Positions 19,801-28,249 of a stretch of 64,000 bases of DNA are shown piece after piece. Position numbers and translations under genes: made by a program. A model generated the notes under the pieces. That model worked only from the letters and a program-made list of their open reading frames with translations. It made no database searches and was not told the origin of the DNA. The stretch is from a virus. Its lineage: Duplodnaviria > Caudoviricetes. The stretch is from the IMG/VR virus record IMGVR_UViG_3300033463_000056, positions 1 to 64,000 of that record. One strand, written 5' to 3'. How positions within the stretch are numbered: position 1 is the stretch's first letter; each line of letters opens with the position of its first letter.

Positions 19801-21733
19801 TTCTTATCGTATTTAATGCGTTCCCGGAGAAAGTAAATGTAGACGCATTGAATGTACCGCTAAGAACCTTAACCAAAATAACAGTCGCACCGGCATAGTA
19901 TTGATTGTTGACACTATGCTTATAGAACAAGCGATAAGTAATTAAAGCATAATCAAAATCGCTTTCACCGTCGAACTTCTCACCGTATTGCTTTGTATTA
20001 TAATTGGCCCAAGTGTAATAAGGAACTGGTGTATTCTCGGTCTCCCAGTAGTTGCAATCTATCTCACCAGTAGAAGTCGTTGAATTATGAATCGGCTCGA
20101 AGTGTTTCCACGCATACTCAGCATTCCTCGGGCGCATAATCCAAGAGGAAGCGGAATACACTCGGTTCATATACCGATTCCACACATTGAACACAGTAGG
20201 ACAGACGATACCCTGTGCCTTGATAGCTCTATCGGCATATGTTGCTTCCGCAATCATCAATTGCGCCGTACTGTATTCCTTATCACGCATCATCTGTACG
20301 ATGGATTCGGGGAGCGTACACTCGGCGATAATGCGCTGAATAGAAGTATCACCAATGATAGGATAGAGATTATTCACCTTGTCTCCAATCCAGAAAGCAT
20401 CGGTCATCGTTCCATCTTTCTTATGAAATACCAGAGCGAAACGATACTTCTCACCACCTTTGAATGATGTAATCTCTGAAGACGATTTTACAAGCTGACT
20501 GTTATATGTGTAGTTCCCGTCACTTGTCTCGTATGGAATACTCGAAGCATGCTTAAATGTGATGAATCTACTTTCCCAACCCTTACCACTTCCACTCGTA
20601 GCGATCATCGTAGATTTGAGCAGGTTCTCGACCTGGTTGTAATCCCTGTCGACAGAACTCAGATCCCCAAGGAACAACGTCTGGTCCTTATGCGTAAGTG
20701 TACTTGCAATGACATTCTGGCTCCCAAGATATAGAAGCTGAGAAGCATCAACCGCAGTAAGATGGGCGTTGTTATCCACGACAATCGCAGAACCGCCATC
20801 GGTCTTTCCCTCGAAGACGATGTTGCCAATCGTCGTTCCGTTCAACGCGCTCCTGAATACGCTATAAACACGGAAATAGCCAAATCTTGTATCAAGATTC
20901 TCAATAGTCAGTGTTACGGAATTGTTGTTTGTTCCGTCAGCAGCACCACCAGAAGCGACAGGGGAGAGATACACAAGATCAGAAATCCAGACATATCCGG
21001 ATTCCTGCCCGTGCTTATTATAGTAAGTTAAGAGATATTGGATGACGCCATTTGGTCTCGTGTTTCCAGAGTTGTCCTTTTTAATGGAGACGTTGACGCC
21101 GAAGTCAACAGCGCGATTAGAATCGAAATATGTATAATCGTAATCGCCATAAGAATTCTGCCACGGATAATGACCGAGAGAATCTGGCTTCGCGACAAAA
21201 TTCATAAACCGAAGGACATTCTTTCCGTCGACCCAGTAGATCTTCTGAATATCTTCGGTCTCATAATAGACAACGGATTCAATAGGATAATTCAGGGAGA
21301 AACCGAGCTCGCCTTCGAATAGAAGCGCGGGAGTAAATTGATTGTTCTCCCGGTCATATTCGATACGATAAATCCTGTCGGTTGTTCCTTCGTTCGTGAA
21401 AAGAATAACGAATTCATTCAGGACATTCCATCCGATAAGAACTCCCTTGAAGTCAATAACATCTTCCTGTTCGTATCCATCAACCTTACGGAACAATTCG
21501 TCTTCCGTGATTCGAATCTCCCTGTCTTCCGTAACGCGAAGGTTATCGTTAACAATTCCGTTGAGAATAACCCGCTTATTCCCGCGTTCATTCGTGACGG
21601 AAAGCATCGTATCGTGATCGCGGGAAAGGACTCGGATATTATGGTTCTCATACGCAGAAGACTCGCCTGCCTTGGAGATAGACAGGTCGCGGTTCATACC
21701 TCTGTTCTGTAAGACGAATGCCTTCTGTTTCAT
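16823..21733 (-). CDS. Tail muzzle/stabilisation protein (P22 gp10-like, crAss001 gp44-like), 1,636 aa
   Basis: N-terminal GMNRDLSISK...YENHNIR, KIYWVDGKN, GDTYIQRWDCLKT, C-terminal KKFRIWR...DRIRNPW; follows the ring-1 gene. Confidence 0.85.
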   Translation of the reverse strand: MKQKAFVLQNRGMNRDLSISKAGESSAYENHNIRVLSRDHDTMLSVTNERGNKRVILNGIVNDNLRVTEDREIRITEDELFRKVDGYEQEDVIDFKGVLIGWNVLNEFVILFTNEGTTDRIYRIEYDRENNQFTPALLFEGELGFSLNYPIESVVYYETEDIQKIYWVDGKNVLRFMNFVAKPDSLGHYPWQNSYGDYDYTYFDSNRAVDFGVNVSIKKDNSGNTRPNGVIQYLLTYYNKHGQESGYVWISDLVYLSPVASGGAADGTNNNSVTLTIENLDTRFGYFRVYSVFRSALNGTTIGNIVFEGKTDGGSAIVVDNNAHLTAVDASQLLYLGSQNVIASTLTHKDQTLFLGDLSSVDRDYNQVENLLKSTMIATSGSGKGWESRFITFKHASSIPYETSDGNYTYNSQLVKSSSEITSFKGGEKYRFALVFHKKDGTMTDAFWIGDKVNNLYPIIGDTSIQRIIAECTLPESIVQMMRDKEYSTAQLMIAEATYADRAIKAQGIVCPTVFNVWNRYMNRVYSASSWIMRPRNAEYAWKHFEPIHNSTTSTGEIDCNYWETENTPVPYYTWANYNTKQYGEKFDGESDFDYALITYRLFYKHSVNNQYYAGATVILVKVLSGTFNASTFTFSGNALNTIRSLGSTGDERTITITGGGLKIQVTNTKGYSGTWTDETNHTIDGAWSGVTKELHTKFGFLGSNELVDRTMMYQWCERLNNAVDANTDRFFVKGNSGEIYEGIENAINDISGSHGISRWISLVGDVPSGSTDDYIPSYRKKHLSFVDENVVTLNSPEIEYEAVSFDKVDGYKFRIVGVAEIDGNYSDYTVEATSAKISGESLAKEKLGKALIAWPLWKEYGLDERTVVDGGESSNDNDVYIPTTDIKFRTPYDYVWGGAIVKYWLHMWNHSDKISGYTDYQGDDYSRLIRKVFANSRYSNHTYYNPSSSWWTCSPDSVRIFNYTSSQYVGINIGKGSNAESRNYDGVINDSIMPPGSHKYPVLYSVGSPNPIDVIDSTEQPYLYLSDPVSITYNSTPHAVISLPTEIGSTYRQTILPRLSFESGIFFPGHSGSASGALLPWIKNTTSGSYPFKDYSVDQDLFSTSTTLDSSKQYVYIGELYAALEDNDQIRYGGTSDAAIQNCRFIIAGPQVRLSDMVGNGQDVLIANQGDTYIQRWDCLKTKPFSTDAVNNVIDITSVMLETHINIDGRTDLQRGTSYIASIDAEKWGSLNPVYSQDNNFIVQRDLDTDFNLDTYRSSLTWTLEKHDSEDVDAWTHITLASSLKLDGDKGICRALRRLGNTIIAFQDRGISEILFNSRTQLSTTEGIPVEIGNSGKVDGKRYITNKYGCTNKWSITEGKNALYFVDNINKAFCGFNGQAIENLSTKLGFSSWFREINNTEPWRPVDFNNIVSYYDKIHSDVYLVRNTDDDMPCLVYNENLGAFTSFFDYSAVLMMSNVEDRFLSYKNHALWLQNEGLYCNFFGRQYPYWMQYRVTPEPFSDKIWTNIDYRADFYEVLDSSGTAIVPEENLINGDVFGSMTDTYKEWETFSDYRVWDEYQNTGFTDFTHQRFDRDDVRKKFRIWRLAIPRALKEGTNIHGMDRIRNPWINLMFRKNDVDGKYLMQLHDIVVKYFE

Positions 21734-21736
21734 ATA

Positions 21737-22474
21737 CTAATGTCTTTTCCAGATTTCCTTCGCTCCGTTGTCGAAGAACGCCTTCCAGTGTTCGTGGTTT
21801 CTCGGGAGCAGCGTCTTGAACGAATTGAACAGTGTCTCCGCCTTATCAAGATCCAGGCGAGAGAATTCATTCTGTGCATCACCCGCAGCCCAGCAATACT
21901 CCTGCTGCGCATTAGCGAACACCTGCTGTGAAATCTTACCCATATCAAACTGAATTGTGAACCATTGGAGTTTGATATAATTCTCCAAGCCGCGAAGGAA
22001 GCTCGCATTATCAGGAAGAAGCGGATAACCTTCCTCGTCTACTGCGAAACCACGATAAGCAATCTCTACATCAACATCCTTCGTGGAAGTGAAGATAACC
22101 ATTCCTTGCGTCTTGTAAGTCAGTTCGCCTGTAATGAATTCGTTCGGCTTCATATCGGACATATGGAACGAGTGTCCGGAATAACGATAAACGGGACCGA
22201 CAGGAGTAAAACGATGACAGCAGTCAAGCCATCTCTTTGAGTGCTGGCTGCCAGCCATCCTAACTTGAATCATCTGTTCGAAGTCGCAGGGAAGCTGACC
22301 ACGCCAGTTATGAACCTCGACGATAGCGGTCTTCTCTTCATACAAAGCCGGAGTTCCCATCAGCTGAATGAAATCAACGGCATACTCGACAGCCGTCTCG
22401 AAAGGGATGTCGCGCATCATCGGATGCCGCATCACCCTGTCAAGGATTCTCCGTATGTTCGTAGTCTGATTCAT
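21737..22474 (-). CDS. Tail tubular/ring protein 1 (P22 gp4-like, crAss001 gp43-like)
   Basis: LPCDF, YKTQG, AVDEEGYPLLPDN motifs; synteny. Confidence 0.8.
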   Translation of the reverse strand: MNQTTNIRRILDRVMRHPMMRDIPFETAVEYAVDFIQLMGTPALYEEKTAIVEVHNWRGQLPCDFEQMIQVRMAGSQHSKRWLDCCHRFTPVGPVYRYSGHSFHMSDMKPNEFITGELTYKTQGMVIFTSTKDVDVEIAYRGFAVDEEGYPLLPDNASFLRGLENYIKLQWFTIQFDMGKISQQVFANAQQEYCWAAGDAQNEFSRLDLDKAETLFNSFKTLLPRNHEHWKAFFDNGAKEIWKRH

Positions 22475-22929
22475 ATCATTTCTTTTCTATATTCCATCGG
22501 AACCCACGGACAATCATATCCATTATGAAGCTCCTTCATCTTTTTGAATAATCTCCTGTTCGCAACAAAACCGTAGCATCTCAAGTTATGGGTCTTGTCC
22601 ATCCTCGGAAGGAAAGCAAGTCCGAATGCTTTCGGTTCTCCATCGTAATGACCTTTCTCCCAATTGAACGAACCATATCCGATAAACTTCTTTCCACGAT
22701 ACTGGGGTCTTCGTTCAATTATGACGGCTGCTATTGTTCCAAGACCAGCAGGAAGGTCAACCATTCCATCTTCTTTCAAATCTTCAGCGAGCAGACTGCA
22801 ATAATCCTTGATTACTTTGGTATATATATCCTGAGTAACGGGCTCATTCCCTCTTTTCCTTTTGCAATAAAGAGCGTATCCATCCGTCATATCAGGATAC
22901 CTTGCCTGTCCGCTGAAAGCTAATTTCAT
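22471..22929 (-). CDS. IHF/HU-like DNA-binding protein
   Basis: Basic protein with YTKVIKDY...VDLPAGLGTI; conserved crAss position between ring genes. Confidence 0.65.
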   Translation of the reverse strand: MKLAFSGQARYPDMTDGYALYCKRKRGNEPVTQDIYTKVIKDYCSLLAEDLKEDGMVDLPAGLGTIAAVIIERRPQYRGKKFIGYGSFNWEKGHYDGEPKAFGLAFLPRMDKTHNLRCYGFVANRRLFKKMKELHNGYDCPWVPMEYRKEMI

Positions 22930-23687
22930 TCTTCAGCCCCCTCCGCCTTTGGTTTGTAACTGCTGTTCTCAACAGGTCTCGAATGCCTTGGAGAAGCCAC
23001 GTTCATATCAGCCAGGCCATCCTTCGCATCGTTCGTCTTGTCCTGCGGGGCATATCTCGAACCAATCAGCTCCTGAACGGTAAGCTCGATACAGGAAGGA
23101 ACAAGCGCATCCTCCAACGGGAATTCCATCTCAAGGATATTGCACTTACCGTTCCCATTACCATCACAGGCGAGTTCGGCGGCTTTCTGCGGGTCAGCGA
23201 ACACGGCGGTCATCTTGATTGTATCCAGATACATGAACTGCGGATTGCTTCCGGTGATATACAGATGCCCGTCGCTACTCTTGGATGCATAGAGGATTTT
23301 CTTCAGCCATTTGTTATATCCGACATACGGCATCCGTTCAGCAGGAATGAACGAAACGGTACACTGCAGCATATCATTGACCGTAGCGAGTTTCGCATTA
23401 TTCACTCCGATAGTATCCGGAATCTCCTCAACGGAACGGAGCCACATACCGGAACAACCAGCAGGCTGCATCTCGGAAGGTTCCAGAGTCAGGCAGATAT
23501 CCTGCATGTTCTGGTCCGACATCTCGGTATAGGTCTGATTGCGGGAGTTCTTGTACTTCCGTTCCAGAAGCAATGCCCGCATCTTCGAAGCAAGAAAGAT
23601 GACATGCTCCTCGGTATAGTAAGCATCGTCATGCTGCTCCTTGAGTATGTCGAGCACAGCGTATGTGATCTCGTCGAATGTAGCCAT
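22926..23687 (-). CDS. Tail ring protein 2 (crAss001 gp40-like)
   Basis: DDAYYTEEHVIF, ERMPYVGYNKWL, EFPLED, DKTNDAKD motifs; synteny. Confidence 0.7.
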   Translation of the reverse strand: MATFDEITYAVLDILKEQHDDAYYTEEHVIFLASKMRALLLERKYKNSRNQTYTEMSDQNMQDICLTLEPSEMQPAGCSGMWLRSVEEIPDTIGVNNAKLATVNDMLQCTVSFIPAERMPYVGYNKWLKKILYASKSSDGHLYITGSNPQFMYLDTIKMTAVFADPQKAAELACDGNGNGKCNILEMEFPLEDALVPSCIELTVQELIGSRYAPQDKTNDAKDGLADMNVASPRHSRPVENSSYKPKAEGAEE

Positions 23688-23689
23688 AG

Positions 23690-24076
23690 TTAAATGATTC
23701 TAATTGTATCGTCCTCCGTATACCTATCCTTCGTCCCGATGTTATTGCCGTTCTCATCAACGGAATGGTCTTCCGTGATACGGTTCTTCAGCGTGCCCAT
23801 ATAATCATTCGTTCCGAGCTTCACCTTGTCTACGCAAGTAAGGTCGTAAGGAAGCAGGCAACCGCCATTGGCAAACAGTTTTCTCAAAGCATTATCCACA
23901 GCGTTGTAATCCTCGTCAGTGAAGAACCGGTGCGTATAATCTACAAGATCCAGAAGGAACATATAGATGAAGTATCTCTGCATCATAGCCGGATGCAGAT
24001 ATCCCGTATTCTTCAGGATATCGAAATACTTGTTTGTCACTTTGAGGGCCTTGCCCTCGTCAATCATCTGGAGCAT
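23690..24076 (-). CDS. Tail hub protein B-like
   Basis: Probable start MLQMIDE just after the upstream stop; YFDILKNTGY, CLLPY and C-terminal RITED/RYTED motifs. Confidence 0.6.
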   Translation of the reverse strand: MLQMIDEGKALKVTNKYFDILKNTGYLHPAMMQRYFIYMFLLDLVDYTHRFFTDEDYNAVDNALRKLFANGGCLLPYDLTCVDKVKLGTNDYMGTLKNRITEDHSVDENGNNIGTKDRYTEDDTIRII

Positions 24077-24084
24077 AGTTTCAT

Positions 24085-24705
24085 CTATCTGCAACCGCAA
24101 CCGGAAGACTTCGCAACCGGTGCATAAGTTCCAATCGTATCGGCAGGAGCAAGCAGGAACTTGTTCCAGAGGTCCTTGACAAGGTTCCAATCGCAGGTGG
24201 AAAGCGCCATCTTCAGTGCATTCCAGAGAACAGCGAAGTGCTCGAGACCAGTCAAATCAGGACAAGGATTACAGCCGTTGAACAAGGAATTCACATACTG
24301 CATTCCACGGTCATAGAACGCACGCCAGTCAAGGATTGCACCCCAGCGGTACGGATCGTCGGAACCACAAGGCATATTCGTGATTTGATAGGAAGGCTCC
24401 CCCGCGCATTTCACGATGACATAGAACAAGCCATTATCGAAAGTGGTAACACCCATTTTCGTAGCATCGGCATCCTTGAGACGATAGTATAACCGCTTGG
24501 CTCTGATTGTGTTATCATCATTCGTATTCTCCCAGACAGTCACAGCTTTCTCACCAGGAGCACCGGCAGGATTAGCATTCTTATAGTATTCGAGATATAC
24601 TGCCTCGACATACATGTTCTTGAAGACATCGACGTTTTCGACCTCGAAATCGATGATCAAGCAATCTCTTGTATCGGATATCCTCAGTTCGTTGAAAGTA
24701 ACCAT
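24085..24705 (-). CDS. Tail hub protein A-like
   Basis: MVTFNELRIS...LIID, PCGSD and C-terminal GCGC; synteny. Confidence 0.65.
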   Translation of the reverse strand: MVTFNELRISDTRDCLIIDFEVENVDVFKNMYVEAVYLEYYKNANPAGAPGEKAVTVWENTNDDNTIRAKRLYYRLKDADATKMGVTTFDNGLFYVIVKCAGEPSYQITNMPCGSDDPYRWGAILDWRAFYDRGMQYVNSLFNGCNPCPDLTGLEHFAVLWNALKMALSTCDWNLVKDLWNKFLLAPADTIGTYAPVAKSSGCGCR

Positions 24706-24721
24706 AACTCGTTTATTTGTC

Positions 24722-24772
24722 CAAATGTAAAAAGAAAAGGAGTCCAGAATTAAACTGAAACTCCTTTACTTA
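24722..24772 (-). promoter_or_regulatory. Putative late promoter for the tail operon, overlapping the terminator of the upstream gene
   Basis: Sense TACATTTG; ATAAG half-site at the conserved spacing; hairpin AAAGGAGTTTCAG/CTGGACTCCTTT plus a T-tract at 24729-24767. Confidence 0.5.
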
Positions 24773-24791
24773 TCCAATCCAAGGACTCCTG

Positions 24792-25541
24792 TTACAAGCC
24801 ATAATGTTCACGGAGAATTTGTTCCAATTCGGGTTTCCATCCCTTCACAGAATTGGATATCCATATCTTTTCATTCAAGGCTTCCTCAACACCGTCTATA
24901 TCGTGTTTCCCTTCCCAGACCTTATACTGATAATTGTTCGGTTCTTCCTCTATGACAACATAGTCTGAATCACCGTAATAGATATTGAAATACAATTGTT
25001 CGACAACACGGCTTTTCTCGTCGCAATCATATCTTTCATAGATATCGAACAGTTTGTCCCATTCATAATAGACGGGTAAATGACAGACCCAATTCATCGT
25101 GGGATATCTGTCCCTGATAAGAAGTTTCTTGGTCCTGTAGTTATCGACAACCCATTTGTTCGTAGATGTGAAGTCTCCGTCTATCTGCCGACATCTGGCT
25201 TTCGGTTTCATCACGTCTTCCATAGTGAATTCGTTCACGGCATAGATATCATCGCAGGAATAGATGAATCCTTTCGATTTCGGATAAGCGTTCCATACCG
25301 TCCTGAACTTGTTAACGTGATCTATATGGGCCCAGTAGTTACCTTCTCCGGGCCACTTCACTCTCGGACATTTGATGAAGGTTATATCATCGCCCGAATC
25401 AACTATGGGATGATAGTCTCCGACAACGACGATACGAAACTTCTCCTTGAAGTATTTTCTCCATCCGGTGACAGCAAGCTCCAATTCCGAACCCTGCGCA
25501 TCCTTTGCAAGGTAGGGTATGACAACAAGTATCTCTTCCAT
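24792..25541 (-). CDS. Stealth-like/GT-A glycosyl(phospho)transferase-like protein
   Basis: ELELAVTGWRKY...IVVVGD, FIYSCDDIY and CHLPVYY resemble Stealth-family conserved regions (ELRYSLRS, FIYFNDD, HxP). Confidence 0.5.
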   Translation of the reverse strand: MEEILVVIPYLAKDAQGSELELAVTGWRKYFKEKFRIVVVGDYHPIVDSGDDITFIKCPRVKWPGEGNYWAHIDHVNKFRTVWNAYPKSKGFIYSCDDIYAVNEFTMEDVMKPKARCRQIDGDFTSTNKWVVDNYRTKKLLIRDRYPTMNWVCHLPVYYEWDKLFDIYERYDCDEKSRVVEQLYFNIYYGDSDYVVIEEEPNNYQYKVWEGKHDIDGVEEALNEKIWISNSVKGWKPELEQILREHYGL

Positions 25542-25547
25542 AACAAT

Positions 25548-25576
25548 AAAAAGGGGCGAGATATTTCACCCGCCCC
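25548..25576 (-). terminator. Intrinsic terminator ending the capsid operon
   Basis: GGGGCGGG-TGAAATAT-CTCGCCCC-TTTTT. Confidence 0.75.
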
Positions 25577-25607
25577 GGACATGTTTCACTGTATACCTAA
25601 TTGAACA

Positions 25608-26594
25608 TTAGGAAGATGCAACGCCAGCCTTAGCAGCGGCGATAGCATCATACAGAGTACCCGCAGCACTGGTAGCCTGGGAACCGGAACCGGAAACCTC
25701 GCATGCGAACTGGATCATACGAGGGCTCTTCTGGACGTTCTCGGCAGAACCCTGCCAGTAGAACTCCACGGAGACGATATCGTACTTCTTGGTCAGATCG
25801 ACGAGATAGGTCGGCTCGTAGTTCATCGGATAGAAGAAACCGCGCTTGTCATCACCACGCTCACCGAGGGTGAACCACTCGAGATCGGCGATATCATAGG
25901 TGCTGGAAATGACGGTGTTACCGGACACGTCAGAATCAGCAATGGTATCAGTACCCCAAGCGATGTCGCCGGTATTGCCATCGTGCAGGACGAAGGCAAC
26001 CGTGAACTCGTACGGCTTGTTATCCATCAGGCCACGACGATACTTCTGGGCTGCCTCAACGAGGATCACGCCACCGGCGGCACCAGTAGCAGTGTCACCT
26101 TTCTTGACCTCAGTGCCATTGCTGAAGACCTTCAGCAGCGGATACTGGCGAACAGGAAGAACATTGGCGATAGCCTCGGCGAGAGCCTTGTGCATAGCGG
26201 TAGCATTGGCAGTGTTGGTGGAGTTGCCAACGACGGAAGCGGTAACAGAGAACGTATCATTCGCGTCATAGGAACCGACACCGTGGAAGGTGATGATGCA
26301 GTTCAGGGTCTTGCCAACGAGGTTGGAAAGAGTGACAGCACTCGTATCAACGGCGAGGGTGTGCTTCTTGAGCTTATAGTCCATGTCGGCAGCGGCGGTC
26401 TTCTTGAGACTGACGATGCTATCGGGACGGATAAGATCGGTACGGGTAGCCAGGCCATCACCGTTGACATACTTGAAGAAGATTTCGCCAGTCGCAGCGG
26501 TGCCCATGTAAATGTCACCGGCGGTGTCAAGGCTGGAATCAACAGCCTTCACAACGTACAGGTTGCGAGTCTGGTAAGTGTTGAAATTTGCCAT
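25608..26594 (-). CDS. Auxiliary capsid protein (crAss001 gp36-like)
   Basis: MANFNTYQTRNLYV, IADLEWFTLGERGD, YLVD, VQKSP motifs; high-expression codon bias. Confidence 0.8.
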   Translation of the reverse strand: MANFNTYQTRNLYVVKAVDSSLDTAGDIYMGTAATGEIFFKYVNGDGLATRTDLIRPDSIVSLKKTAAADMDYKLKKHTLAVDTSAVTLSNLVGKTLNCIITFHGVGSYDANDTFSVTASVVGNSTNTANATAMHKALAEAIANVLPVRQYPLLKVFSNGTEVKKGDTATGAAGGVILVEAAQKYRRGLMDNKPYEFTVAFVLHDGNTGDIAWGTDTIADSDVSGNTVISSTYDIADLEWFTLGERGDDKRGFFYPMNYEPTYLVDLTKKYDIVSVEFYWQGSAENVQKSPRMIQFACEVSGSGSQATSAAGTLYDAIAAAKAGVASS

Positions 26595-26625
26595 AAGCTT
26601 ATGAGTTTTTATTGGTTTCGATTAT

Positions 26626-27315
26626 TTAGGATATCCAAACTGCCTTGGCCCTTCTGACAGCTTCCTCAAGGATTGCCTGATGAAGCGCCTCGGGGAGCTT
26701 GCAAGTCATCGCCTTGCTTTCTCCCTCAATGGTCAGACCGTCGGGAAGGTCTTCCAGGATGATGGGTTCAGGCTTCCGCAGATACCGCACCGTATACTTC
26801 ACGATATCGTTGTCGCTCACGAGCTCGGAATACCGTGAAGCATACAGGCCGTTTCCAAAAGTGTCAGAGGAACCGTAAGCAAGTCGAAGTACACGGTCAC
26901 CATTCTGTCTCTTGAAAGGATTGCGGTGAGTCCGCCAGAATTCATCCTGCGTTACCGGAACGACTATCGCCTGCTTGACGCCACATCCTTCTACATCAAC
27001 CGAACAAATCTCCAGCGTAATGAACAGGAGGTCTTCCGGAAGTTCGAATACCTTGGACTTGTCGATGAGTTTCGGAGCGTTGCTTGCAACCGAACAATCC
27101 TCCTGACAGACGTGGGTGGCGAGATAACTCGTCAACTCCTCGGTCTCTTCGAAAGAATTGCGCAGCGTCCCGTTGTACAGGGCTACATATACGGAATACT
27201 CAGCTTCGGTCAGGAACACGCTCTTTTCATACGCGTTCAATCCGGGAGCCTGATTGCTCGTTATGTTCTGGTACAACAGGTCAAACCCGTTTTCCCACTC
27301 CTGGCAAGTTTTCAT
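26626..27315 (-). CDS. Tail ring protein 3-like
   Basis: FDLLYQNITSNQAPGLNAYEKSVFLT, YLRKPEPIIL, LHQAILEEAV motifs. Confidence 0.75.
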   Translation of the reverse strand: MKTCQEWENGFDLLYQNITSNQAPGLNAYEKSVFLTEAEYSVYVALYNGTLRNSFEETEELTSYLATHVCQEDCSVASNAPKLIDKSKVFELPEDLLFITLEICSVDVEGCGVKQAIVVPVTQDEFWRTHRNPFKRQNGDRVLRLAYGSSDTFGNGLYASRYSELVSDNDIVKYTVRYLRKPEPIILEDLPDGLTIEGESKAMTCKLPEALHQAILEEAVRRAKAVWIS

Positions 27316-28223
27316 TAGGCATTACGAGTTTTTCCAACTTCGCTCTCAAGGATGAACTTGATATCCTGATGCGACGGAAGGTTGAGGAATCTGGCGGCGA
27401 TGGACAGCGTAGGATTCTCACCGGCATCGCAAAGCGGAGAATTATCAGACTTGAGATAGTAGTAGTCACCACGTTTCGCAAGTACGCCGACCTCCGTTCC
27501 ACGACGGATGAGAACCTTCGCGTGAAGGAGAGGGTCCGTAATCTGGGCAAGGAACTTCTTCGGATCGTTGCTGATGAGCTGGCTGATGCGCGACTTCAGG
27601 AACACGGCCTTCTCGTTAGCCGAATAAGGACGGGCATCAAGAAGCTCGACAAGGACGCGCATCGTATCGATGTCGTTTTCAATCTTGCCGAATTCCTTAT
27701 AGCTCTGCATCGTAGCATCCATCTTGGCGGTCTCGAGGGTATCTTCCTCGGTTTCACGGACAATCTCGAACTGGTAGGTAGCCTTGGGGCGGTCAATCCT
27801 TTCCTGAACGGAAGGAGCGACGAAATCGGAATTCGCGAGAAGAACCTTATACTTGATATAGTCCTCTGGATCGGAAAGGTCAAGATGAAGACCCTCCTTC
27901 GCGTTTTCGATTCTAACCCTGTAGTTATCCCAGTAGTTGTTCTCCTTTTTGTAGACGGACAGGGCATTGTAGTCAAGGCCGAGGACTTCTTCAAGATAGT
28001 CCTTCTCCGCATTGGTCAGTATGTTCTTATACTGATTCGTGGAGCGTAATACCGGCACGACGAAAGTAACATATGCGCCGTCAACCTTGCCGCCGAATGC
28101 GGCGTGGTTCTTCGGGAGCCCGTTGTCTTTCGGGACCCAGCGCACATAGACCTTTTCGTTCCTCAACGGATTGACCTTGACTTCGCTCATTTCTTCTTTA
28201 GCCTTAGCAGTTTTTCTTTCCAT
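27315..28223 (-). CDS. Conserved crAss-like protein immediately downstream of the major capsid gene
   Basis: LDLSDPEDYIKYKVLLAN motif; synteny. Confidence 0.75.
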   Translation of the reverse strand: MERKTAKAKEEMSEVKVNPLRNEKVYVRWVPKDNGLPKNHAAFGGKVDGAYVTFVVPVLRSTNQYKNILTNAEKDYLEEVLGLDYNALSVYKKENNYWDNYRVRIENAKEGLHLDLSDPEDYIKYKVLLANSDFVAPSVQERIDRPKATYQFEIVRETEEDTLETAKMDATMQSYKEFGKIENDIDTMRVLVELLDARPYSANEKAVFLKSRISQLISNDPKKFLAQITDPLLHAKVLIRRGTEVGVLAKRGDYYYLKSDNSPLCDAGENPTLSIAARFLNLPSHQDIKFILESEVGKTRNA

Positions 28224-28249
28224 AATTATCTTCTCCTATTAGTTACAGA

